From the IMG/VR virus record IMGVR_UViG_3300035670_000014, positions 106,949 to 170,948 of that record: DNA of 64,000 nt, one strand, 5' to 3'. Positions 27,180-36,017 of the stretch are shown piece by piece (position 1 is the stretch's first letter; every line of letters starts with the position of its first letter). The DNA is from a virus. The notes beneath the pieces were generated by a model. That model ran no database searches and was not told the DNA's origin. It was given only the letters and a program-made list of their open reading frames with translations. The position numbers and the translations under genes were made by a program.

Positions 27180-28080
27180 AGTTTACGCTTATTGCAACTC
27201 ACTTCCGGTTTCATCACCGGCTGGACCCTTCACCTTTACTACCAGCCCTATGATAGGGTATAGTTGCGACCGAAAGGTCGCAGCTGGTCGCTTCCGCGCG
27301 AATAGCGCCGCAGTCAACTATCCACCGGTTTGCACCCCGATGGTAGTCCTGCTAATATGAGTCTAGGTGACTCACAATAAGGGACCCGAAGGGTCCCTGC
27401 AGCTAAAACAACGTAAGAAAAAAGCCCAATCTTGCGACTGAGCTTAATCCCCACCTTCGGTGTATGTTTCGTGGTCTCATCACTCCAACCGCCACTTTCA
27501 GCGGGCCTTGGCAGGCGACGTGTTTCGGTTGTTCCTTGCCTAAGGGAAGCCTAGGTCATAATCTTGACCAATAGAAAAACCCCGAAGGGGTGCATGTCTT
27601 TATAAGAAAAATACCCAACCTGCAGATTGAGTAAATTTCCGAAGAGTGGCCACTCTTCTACCCGAATACCAGAGCCTCTGGTGTTCCCCTCGGGTCAGGG
27701 GGGCTTTGACATGCCAAAATTATTCTCCCCAAGTTGTCAGCTTGGGGACCCAGTTGTCGCTGGGATGGGGACTTCGCTCCCTGGGGTGACAGCCTCCCCT
27801 TGGGTTCGTATGCACGGTATCAGCGTGCTTAGATACGAAGAACATACCATGGTACCCGAAGGGTACCTGCAGTAAAAGCGGCGTATACAAATCTTTTCTT
27901 CTAGAAAAAAATACCCGCCTAGCGGAGTTCCAATAGTCAAACTATAAGTCTAACTACAAAGGAAAAGAGAACCCCTGCTCGCACCGCCACCTCCAATGGG
28001 AGATGACAGACACGACAGGGGGAGGTTCGCTGCGCTAGACTAGGCAGGCCTCATGTGGCGGGGGGACCACACTCACAAGA
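27180..28080 (-). ncRNA. Cluster of four candidate structured non-coding RNAs (hairpin-to-terminator units without convincing ORFs)
   Basis: Units start at hairpins 28081, 27851, 27579, 27380, end at T-tracts, and are rich in inverted repeats. Confidence 0.4.
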
Positions 28081-28177
28081 AGGCACCCGAAGGGTGCCTG
28101 CAAGTGTGTCCGAATGTCCGGCCGGCAGGGTGTCCGGCAGGGTGTGCGGAGCCCGCGAAGCGGGCAAGCTAGCGGAG

Positions 28178-31100
28178 TTATTCCTTGAAGAACTTCTCCA
28201 CGTACTTCTTGGCCGCAAGCTTGACTTTTGGCAGATTTGCAACCTTACACAGAAGCTGGCCAAGGTGATTCTCACCTTTACCCTTACACTTACCCCAGAA
28301 GGTATCACCCCAGTGGTTATTTTCCACAGGAGTAACTTTGCCGCCCGAAGTTGCAGCGTAAAGGCGAAAAGCCAAATACATTCCTTCTGGAGTATCTGCT
28401 TGGTCAGCAAACTTAGACTCCAGGATGCAGTACATGACATCTAACCTTAAAGCCTCCCAGGTTGCCATTGCATCAGGTGAAGAAGGCTTAAAGTCCTTAG
28501 CCTTCTTCTTTGCCGTGTACCCGTTGTCAGTAGGAAGAATAGTGTTTTCTTCTTGATTGAGAATATTACACTTAATCCACTGATACAAGGTCTCACTTGA
28601 GGCAAAGACAACACCATCTGCCACTACGGAGCACGGATACATGTTAGACATAAACTCAAAGTCCTTAGACTTAAAGTTATCAGTCTCACTGATTACCAGT
28701 TGTCCATAGTGGCTCTTTCGAGCTGAAGGCTCGTGCTCGGTCGACTTATTTGCCAGCTTCAACAAGATGTCACCGTGACACTTCTTGGGTGCACACCAGC
28801 ACACTAAGTCCTTGCCTTTCAATTCATGCAAAGATTTCATGAGTTCTGGTTGTTGTACTACCCAGTCAGCGTACTTCTCCACAGCTTCGTCTCGCGTCTG
28901 ACACTTCCACTTGGCTGATGTTTCAGCCTGGTGGCTAAATGGATTACCCCACTTAGTAGGGCGTCCAATGTAGACTGCGGTTTCGGGAGCCGTGTTGGCA
29001 TGCTTGTTGTGCACCACTGGCAAGCCAGGAGGAGTCGGAGGCGTGTCATTAACAACACCAACCAAAGACACATGACGAGCATTCTTCTTGCCCAAGGCAA
29101 GATACTTGTCATAGGTGTCCTTAACACCTCCAATTGGTCCGTTCTCCCCAAAGGTAAAGGCAATCAAGAAGTCCGAATCTTCCGCAATCAGAGTATTGCG
29201 ATCAAACAGGCCCTTGATCTCTCCACTCTGGAAAGTTACCTGGTGCCGCTCATCCCGAGGATCATTCCAGTAGGTATTAACCATTGCCTGGATGTCCTCA
29301 AGAGACCAGGACTGGCTTTCGCCGTCAGTCATGGCAAGGCTAAACTGCCGGTGATACTTATTCATGGCATCACCTGCGTCGTTTGCCTCTTTGACAGTAA
29401 AGGCATTATTCTCAAACTCAGCACCAAGGTGCAAAGTAAGAGCTTCAACCTCTGCGCCCATGAGGAGGGATATTGCAACATGGTCAGACCAAGCCGCACC
29501 TCCACTGACAAGACGAATCGCCTCGGCACCAGTTGCAGCCTTAATTGCTGCAACAGCCTTCTTGGTGCGCTCAACCATGAACAAGAAATGTTCTTTGGTC
29601 AAGTTCTCACCGCGGCCAGCGGTGCCAATAACACCCAGAGTCACCGTCTTCTCAGGCAAACGGTAGTAGCCGTCGATGTCCTCGGTGCGATTATCGCCAT
29701 CGCCGTCAAAAGTGACGACATAACGACTCTCATCGTTCCCAAGGAAGCTGATACCAGAGTAACCAGCTGCCTTCACTCGTGTGAAGAAGGCGTTGCTGTT
29801 GTCCCCTGGATTCAGCAGGTCGAACGGCTTACCAGTCTCCCGGTAGTGCTCAGACCGCAGCTGCTCGTAGGCCGCCCTTCCATCCTTGGACAGTCTAACC
29901 AAGAAGTTGGTAAGGTCAACCTTACGGGAGTCAATCTGACTTCCATAGGTCTTTGCCTCCTCCTTGTCCTCGGTCCAGTACTGGAATTCACGTCCATCGC
30001 TCCTACCATGAAGACCCTGATAGACAGTGACCTCAGCAGCAACTTCTGGTTCGACTTCTACTTCTGCTGGCCCTGGCTCAGGATCAGAGCCACTACAGAA
30101 GTCAAGAGACAGCTGATAGCGGTAGGAGTGACAGCCACTTCCATCTTCATCTCCGTAGAACCAGAACAAAAGAGGCTCTGAGAAATGGTGCAGGAAGTGC
30201 TCCATGAAAGCTTCATCCATGTCCCCTTGTTCCTCGAAGTACCCTACCTCAATGTAGAGGCCAGTATAGCCTCTCTTCTTGAGGTACAGGAAGAATTCAC
30301 CATCAGACTTCAGGTCCTCAATGAAGTCTTCACGAGTCTGCAGTGACTTAACATCAAGGCAGTACTCGATGTGGATCTTGAGGAGCTGACGAAGGCTGCT
30401 GGGCGACTCAATGACCAGCATAGCCGACCTATCAAAGACTCTATAGTCTCCGACGCCTGCCATGGAAGCTTGACTAGCAAGCCAGGTCGAGAAGTCCTCT
30501 TCCTCTTCCTCATCCCCCTCGTAGTACTTAGACGCAAGGATAAGGTTTGGATCAGGATCTGTAAATGGATGCCTATAAGTAGGCACTTCCACTTCAGGTT
30601 CCGCCTTCACCTCAGTCTTGATCTCGACTACCTCAGACTCGACAACCTCAGGCTTAGCCTCGACAACTTCAGCCTCGATCACCTCACTGTAAGTGAAGTC
30701 CTCGACTGCCACATCTTCGAGACCATCGAAGTCGTAGTTGTCGAAGTCCACATCAGTGTGATAGCCGATGGGGCCTGAGGTGTAGTCCACCTGCTCAACC
30801 GAAGGAGCGAACTCCGACAGGTCCAGCTTGCCGAGAGGAGAAACCTCGCCCTCAAATGCAACCGTGACCTTAAAGGTCGGGTGCAGAACCTGCACCGCTG
30901 GGTTGCTTGCCTTGGTATTCCCGGTCACATCAGTTTCGATGCTGATGACACGGTACTTGTCAAGGCCCTTGTGGGAGATAAACTCCTCAAGCAGCTCGGG
31001 GGTGACGACCTTCGTGTCTTTGAAGAAATCCCTGAAGGCCGTGTTGATCAAGGTTGTAGCACCCCTCTCAACCCTCAGCTTGCCAAGGAAATTCTCACCC

Positions 31101-34100
31101 TTGGTCTTGAGGATTCCACCACGCAGAACGTCACTCAGAAGCTGACCAACAACCTCAGAGTTGATCTGAGAAGCAACCTCAGAATCAAGCACGAAGGCAT
31201 CGCCAAACTCTGACTTCCGCTTGACCATCGGGGTCTTGATGTCAAGTCCCAACTCAGCCACGTCAGGCCCCTTGCCATTGATGAAGGCAAAGTAGGCCTT
31301 CCCGAAGTCCTTATACTCGTCGTTAAACGAGAAACCAAGGACAACGGTGCTCTGAGGAGCGGAAGCGCCCAGGACATTCAGGGCCTTGAGCGAGTAGACC
31401 CAAGGACCCTCAGGCAGGCCGTCAGCAGACATGACCGGCGTCCCGTCCTCATTCAGGTAGTTGCCCACATACAGAGTGTGGATGGGCAGCTTGTCAACCT
31501 GAATTGAACCGAAGCTCCGGCGGCCGCTCTTGATGAACTGCTCGCAGGAAAGCGCCCGCTCAGGATTGGCCTGGTCAGTCTTGAACGCGTTCGCACGCTT
31601 GACCAGCTGGAGGAAGGTCCAGAGGGCAAAGCGCAGCTTGCCAGACTCATTCCAGGCATGCCACTCCTTGAGCCAGGCCTGCTCGACAGCTGCCCTTGCA
31701 CGGATTCGGCTCTTCTTGTCAAGAGGAAGAGCTTCAACCTGGGCAATCTTGTCGAATCGACCCCTGTTCAAGCGAGAGCAGAAGTCTGCAAAACCTGCAA
31801 TCTCTGCCTCGTGGGTGCCAAGGGCAGCCTCAAGCTGAAGCCAGGGTGACTCCTCAAGAGTCTGCTCGACCTGCTCGAAGGCGATCCGCAACACGGAATC
31901 CTTGTACTTCTCGAACAAGTCAAAGACCCATGAAGTAGCACGCTCAACCTTCACGTTCTTGAACGCAAAGTGCAGTGCCTTGATGCCCTGACCGGTCGCA
32001 GCATCACCCTCCTGAAGGAGCTGACTCTGCCCAGCAAAAGGAGCCGCAAAGGCCGCAATGCCACGCTTCATCAGCCAGCCAGGGAAGTAGAACTTCATCT
32101 GGCTTGCAGGCAGCATGTGCATGCTGTACGAGACGGTAGTTTCACCCTCGTACTTTTCGACCTTCTTGCTCGGGTCGCCGAACAGAGCAAGGCCCATGTA
32201 CATGGAAACAGACCAGATCATCTGCATGACCTTTACTGCCTCCGGCACATTCTGACCCTGAGTGTCGGCGTCGATGACGTTCGACAGCATCTCTGACATG
32301 GTCAGCAAGATGAGGTCGAGGTAGGTCAAGGACTTCCACTCACCGTTCGGGTCAAGGCCATCAGACTCAATTACTGACCTGACGTTTGCCCTGAGGTTAA
32401 ACTTGTCACCAAAGTGAACAAGCCCCTGCATGATGGCACCCATCAGCATCTGCACGTTAGCTGCAGTACCAGTGGTGCCCTTCATGTTCTCCAGTGCAAA
32501 GATTGCACTGTCGACCCTCTCCAGAGGAGAGCTGAACACCCGGAGGTTGCCGCTCGTGTCAAGTGCACCCTCGGTGAAGTACCTCTCGGCAAACTGCAGC
32601 TTCGCCATGTTCATGATGAACGCAGTCAAGCCGACTGGGATAGTCGAAGGGGGAAGCTTGGCATTCGTTTTACCTTCTGCCTGCTTCCTATTCCTCCGCT
32701 CCTCAGCCTTCAGGTGAGCGTTGTTCAGCTCCTTGAGGACGAAGTCGTTGGCTGCCCTGTCTCCAACAAGGTCACGAACCAAAGCCTCGTCGTCTCCGCC
32801 AAAGCCAAAGGAGTACCAGCCTTTGAAGTCAAAGCGGGTATCCAGTGCCATGTGCCGGAACTGACCGACCTGAGAGTTCAGGAAGTCAAGAGCCACCTTC
32901 CTCTTCTCCTCGCCGGGAGTCATGGCAATAATGGCCTGCTTCTTGCGCTCCTGGAAGCGGATGCAAGACTTGGCCAAGTCGCCGTGAATCTCCGCCATCC
33001 GGTCGTCAAGGTCTGCACCGTCCTGTGCCTTGAAGAAGATTTCAAAGGCCTCAGGAGTTGGCATGACCCAGCGGCACCCGACTGGCACCGAGTCCATTGG
33101 GACAAGGATACCCCATGCTCCCGACTTGAAAGTCGAAGGGTTCCGGTAATAGAACACCAACGGGGAGCCATGCAGACCCATGATCCGGTTGTAATCTGCA
33201 GTGTTGCAGAAAATAACCCGGTTGTAATCATAGGTCAAGCCAAGTGGCTTGAGGTGATTCTCGACCAGAGACTTAATCTGCTCCTCAGATACTGCATTCT
33301 TATATGCAGACCAAAGAGCCTTCGTCTCGTCCTTGACGTTGAGCTTCATCACCTCAGCTACGGCCTCAAACATCAGGCCAGGGTGCACCTGCGGATACAC
33401 CGACTCAGCGATCTTGGTATACACCATCTCGCCGTTGGCGTTTGGCATCTTCAATGCCAAGGGCAGTCGGGTCCTTGCAGGGTCCATTGCCTGATTGGTG
33501 AGCTGGTTCATGATTGGCGCTACCAGCTGAGGCAGAGGAATGCCGTTCCCAATCACCTTAGCAGTCCCACCGAGGACCTCCTTGAGGCGGCTCGCAGCGA
33601 GGAGTGCGTCAGCAACGCCTTCAGGCTCTGACTCATCCCCATCCATGAGGTCGGTGAAGATCTCAGAGTCAAGCTCTGACATTTCGTTCTTCACTCTCAG
33701 GTTGGAGAGAATCTCCTCAAGGCGGGTCGTTGCATCCTCTTCAATCTTCTTGAAGATGTCAATGACCGCCGGATCCCTCAGGTCAAACCCGTTGATCAGG
33801 CTCTGAGTGTCAGTGCAGACACCCTTACGAGCCTTCGGGACACCCGAGTTCAGGATGATCGTAGCTCGATCATCTGACCAGGTGGGGCAGATTTCACCCT
33901 TTGACCCGTAGGCAATCATGTCCTTCCCAGTAGCCTTCATGAACTCTGGAGACATGATGTGGAAGCCACCCTTCACCATGAAGTTGGTGAAGTAGGCTCG
34001 GCCAATGAGGATCTTCCCATCGAGCTTGCCTGCCTTGAGGTCAGCCAGATAGTCCTGAGGCAGCACGAGAGCCATGAGGCGGCGAGAGACAAACACCACG

Positions 34101-35188
34101 CCGTCATAGATCTCATCGGCAAGCATTGCTGCCTTAGCCTTCTCGAACAGGCTGTCACCGTTAACTGGCTTGACGACCAGGACAGAGTCCTTAAGAGCAT
34201 TAAGCTTGAAGGTCTGCCCTTCCAGCTTGTAGCTCTTATTGAACTCAACGACCTTGCCACGGAGCAAGTTCGGCGCAAAGTACTGAGAAATGTACTTCTG
34301 CGCCTTCGCTGCAGCCTGCACCTGCTTCGCCGGTGAGCCGTCCTCTTTGACCTTCACTCCATAGACGCAAGAAGCAAGCTTCATTGCTTCGTCGTCAGTT
34401 GCCTTAGACAAGGCATCATTGGTCAAGTTGAGGAACAAGCAGGTGGGGTTGACATCGGGAGTCTTATCAATTCCCTTGTCGCTCTCCTCCCAGGTCTCCC
34501 CAGCGGCCTCAGCTGCCTTCCGCTTCAACTCCCTGAGCTGCTTCTTCTCAGCCTTCTTGGAGGCCTCGATTCGTCGCTCATAGAGTGAGTCCATCGAGTC
34601 TTTGCTGAGAGCATTGACCAGAGAGGTCCTGGCAGCAACCTCGACCTGCTCGGACCCATAGTTGGTCTGAATCAGGTTGAGTGTTGCCCATGCCTGAGCA
34701 AGCTCGCCCGCAGTCAGGTGGCGCAGGTCGCCGTGCTTCTTCAGACAGTCAAGCGCTCGCTTGACCGTGAAGTAGAAGTCAATGCTTGCGCCTGAGCTTG
34801 GAGCCCGGTGCAGGTGATGCAAAGACTTCTGCCAGACATTGACGTCGCCAGGCTTCACGTTAAACGGCTTAAAGCCGTAAAACTTCTCAAAAGCGGCCAT
34901 GATTTCTGCCGTCTTCTGAGCATACGGTGCCATGGAGTCAACGTGGACCTTGTAGGCCACCTTGGCATCTTTCTCGTCAAATCCTGGCCAGTTGAAAAGC
35001 TCAGGAGACGTCAGGTTGAGTCCAACCTTATGCCCAAGCAGAACACGGATCATTGCCACTGCCGCAGGCAATACGAGGGACTTGTAGTCTTCCTCGTTGC
35101 AGCGGATAGCCTCGATGTTCTCAGACTTCAGCGTCTTGAAGAGTTCGAGTGCCTGGTCATTGGCTACTTCTACTTTCACTTCGCTCAT
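28178..35188 (-). CDS. Polyvalent protein: putative single-chain two-barrel (YonO/RdRP-like) RNA polymerase plus ART-like, SLOG-like, DUF4326 and NADAR domains
   Basis: MVKGG, GSKGE, FYYRNPS, QDGADLDD (RNAP-like); YQG...QYWTEDKEEAKTYG...GYSGI (ART-like); VSGGAAWSDH...RNTLIAEDSDFLIAF (SLOG); YIGRPTKWGNPF...LKGKDLVCWCAPKKCHGD (DUF4326); MSNMYPC...SETLYQ...WGDTFWGKCKGKGENHLG (NADAR); likely start MSEVKV after AGGAGG. Confidence 0.65.
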   Translation of the reverse strand: MSEVKVEVANDQALELFKTLKSENIEAIRCNEEDYKSLVLPAAVAMIRVLLGHKVGLNLTSPELFNWPGFDEKDAKVAYKVHVDSMAPYAQKTAEIMAAFEKFYGFKPFNVKPGDVNVWQKSLHHLHRAPSSGASIDFYFTVKRALDCLKKHGDLRHLTAGELAQAWATLNLIQTNYGSEQVEVAARTSLVNALSKDSMDSLYERRIEASKKAEKKQLRELKRKAAEAAGETWEESDKGIDKTPDVNPTCLFLNLTNDALSKATDDEAMKLASCVYGVKVKEDGSPAKQVQAAAKAQKYISQYFAPNLLRGKVVEFNKSYKLEGQTFKLNALKDSVLVVKPVNGDSLFEKAKAAMLADEIYDGVVFVSRRLMALVLPQDYLADLKAGKLDGKILIGRAYFTNFMVKGGFHIMSPEFMKATGKDMIAYGSKGEICPTWSDDRATIILNSGVPKARKGVCTDTQSLINGFDLRDPAVIDIFKKIEEDATTRLEEILSNLRVKNEMSELDSEIFTDLMDGDESEPEGVADALLAASRLKEVLGGTAKVIGNGIPLPQLVAPIMNQLTNQAMDPARTRLPLALKMPNANGEMVYTKIAESVYPQVHPGLMFEAVAEVMKLNVKDETKALWSAYKNAVSEEQIKSLVENHLKPLGLTYDYNRVIFCNTADYNRIMGLHGSPLVFYYRNPSTFKSGAWGILVPMDSVPVGCRWVMPTPEAFEIFFKAQDGADLDDRMAEIHGDLAKSCIRFQERKKQAIIAMTPGEEKRKVALDFLNSQVGQFRHMALDTRFDFKGWYSFGFGGDDEALVRDLVGDRAANDFVLKELNNAHLKAEERRNRKQAEGKTNAKLPPSTIPVGLTAFIMNMAKLQFAERYFTEGALDTSGNLRVFSSPLERVDSAIFALENMKGTTGTAANVQMLMGAIMQGLVHFGDKFNLRANVRSVIESDGLDPNGEWKSLTYLDLILLTMSEMLSNVIDADTQGQNVPEAVKVMQMIWSVSMYMGLALFGDPSKKVEKYEGETTVSYSMHMLPASQMKFYFPGWLMKRGIAAFAAPFAGQSQLLQEGDAATGQGIKALHFAFKNVKVERATSWVFDLFEKYKDSVLRIAFEQVEQTLEESPWLQLEAALGTHEAEIAGFADFCSRLNRGRFDKIAQVEALPLDKKSRIRARAAVEQAWLKEWHAWNESGKLRFALWTFLQLVKRANAFKTDQANPERALSCEQFIKSGRRSFGSIQVDKLPIHTLYVGNYLNEDGTPVMSADGLPEGPWVYSLKALNVLGASAPQSTVVLGFSFNDEYKDFGKAYFAFINGKGPDVAELGLDIKTPMVKRKSEFGDAFVLDSEVASQINSEVVGQLLSDVLRGGILKTKGENFLGKLRVERGATTLINTAFRDFFKDTKVVTPELLEEFISHKGLDKYRVISIETDVTGNTKASNPAVQVLHPTFKVTVAFEGEVSPLGKLDLSEFAPSVEQVDYTSGPIGYHTDVDFDNYDFDGLEDVAVEDFTYSEVIEAEVVEAKPEVVESEVVEIKTEVKAEPEVEVPTYRHPFTDPDPNLILASKYYEGDEEEEEDFSTWLASQASMAGVGDYRVFDRSAMLVIESPSSLRQLLKIHIEYCLDVKSLQTREDFIEDLKSDGEFFLYLKKRGYTGLYIEVGYFEEQGDMDEAFMEHFLHHFSEPLLFWFYGDEDGSGCHSYRYQLSLDFCSGSDPEPGPAEVEVEPEVAAEVTVYQGLHGRSDGREFQYWTEDKEEAKTYGSQIDSRKVDLTNFLVRLSKDGRAAYEQLRSEHYRETGKPFDLLNPGDNSNAFFTRVKAAGYSGISFLGNDESRYVVTFDGDGDNRTEDIDGYYRLPEKTVTLGVIGTAGRGENLTKEHFLFMVERTKKAVAAIKAATGAEAIRLVSGGAAWSDHVAISLLMGAEVEALTLHLGAEFENNAFTVKEANDAGDAMNKYHRQFSLAMTDGESQSWSLEDIQAMVNTYWNDPRDERHQVTFQSGEIKGLFDRNTLIAEDSDFLIAFTFGENGPIGGVKDTYDKYLALGKKNARHVSLVGVVNDTPPTPPGLPVVHNKHANTAPETAVYIGRPTKWGNPFSHQAETSAKWKCQTRDEAVEKYADWVVQQPELMKSLHELKGKDLVCWCAPKKCHGDILLKLANKSTEHEPSARKSHYGQLVISETDNFKSKDFEFMSNMYPCSVVADGVVFASSETLYQWIKCNILNQEENTILPTDNGYTAKKKAKDFKPSSPDAMATWEALRLDVMYCILESKFADQADTPEGMYLAFRLYAATSGGKVTPVENNHWGDTFWGKCKGKGENHLGQLLCKVANLPKVKLAAKKYVEKFFKE

Positions 35189-35271
35189 GAGACCCTCCTG
35201 GTCTACGTGGGGTTGGTTCCCCTGGTCATTTGCATCCGGCAGACTATCTGCCTTTTGCACAGTAATAATTG

Positions 35272-35967
35272 TCATGACTTGGCCTTAGGCTCGGCTAAGC
35301 AGGGTGACTGCAAACCCTCCGAAGGAGGGTCGGGCCATGCTTGCTCTGTATCCAGAGCAAGGTAAGCAGCCTCGGCAGCTGCCTGCTCCTCAAGCTGGCA
35401 GTCGTGCATCCACTGGTCGAACATTGCCTGAGACCAAGCAAGCTCGTCATCATCAGTGAAGTGCCTAGACCTGTCCGCTGCAGCAGGTACTTGCTCGACC
35501 CACTTCTCCAAAGCTCGTTCCAGTTCCCATCGCTGGAATTCCAGGTTTGGCCAGTCATTGCCAAGGAACAGGGAACAGCCCATGGCCGAGGGCAAGCTGG
35601 CCATAGAGAAGACCTCAGCCTCCTCCTCAACATGCCACTGATCGTAGCTGTTAATGGCTTGAGCCCAGCGGATTCGGACCCCGCAGCTCAGAACCTGCCC
35701 TTTTTCCTGAGCCTGAGCCCACTCGATCTGCTCTCGCAGCTCCGAGTAGTACTCATCCCAGTCGTGCATGGTAGCGTAAGATACGCCACCCACTGCAACC
35801 TCAGTGTTGAGGCTGTAGAAGTGCGAATCCTGACGCAACATCTCTGCCGCGACCTCGGCTGCTTCCTCAGTAGTTTCCCACTGAGCAAGGAGATCAGGGC
35901 ACTCGTCCGCCTTACTGGCCTTGAACTTACCCACAATCATAGAGATCATAAGCTTAAAGTATTTCAT
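35272..35967 (-). CDS. acidic Trp-rich hypothetical protein
   Basis: GAGGG RBS before MKYFKL; GC3-rich codon use. Confidence 0.7.
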   Translation of the reverse strand: MKYFKLMISMIVGKFKASKADECPDLLAQWETTEEAAEVAAEMLRQDSHFYSLNTEVAVGGVSYATMHDWDEYYSELREQIEWAQAQEKGQVLSCGVRIRWAQAINSYDQWHVEEEAEVFSMASLPSAMGCSLFLGNDWPNLEFQRWELERALEKWVEQVPAAADRSRHFTDDDELAWSQAMFDQWMHDCQLEEQAAAEAAYLALDTEQAWPDPPSEGLQSPCLAEPKAKS

Positions 35968-36017
35968 TTTATTACCCTCGTGTTGTTTGGTTTGCTGGTT
36001 GAGCAAAGACTGGCTGC

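Larger units (their letters stand above)
21433..28099 (-). promoter_or_regulatory. Family of 15 covarying CCC-GAA-GGG triloop hairpins; putative template-strand hairpin promoters for minus-strand genes
   Basis: At 21433, 22286, 23012, 23622, 23866, 24170, 24457, 25230, 25570, 26738, 27104, 27380, 27579, 27851, 28081; repeat is certain, promoter role is inferred. Confidence 0.65.

Noticed and set aside
27465-27490. Hammerhead-like GTGATGAG-ACCA-CGAAAC on the minus strand
   Set aside because: Core C3 is replaced by G, stem II is one bp, and stems I and III were not found
28858-35365. Long plus-strand and alternate-frame ORFs (e.g. 28931-30181, 32414-33631) over the giant gene
   Set aside because: Antisense shadows of a codon-biased GC-rich gene; no motifs or RBS
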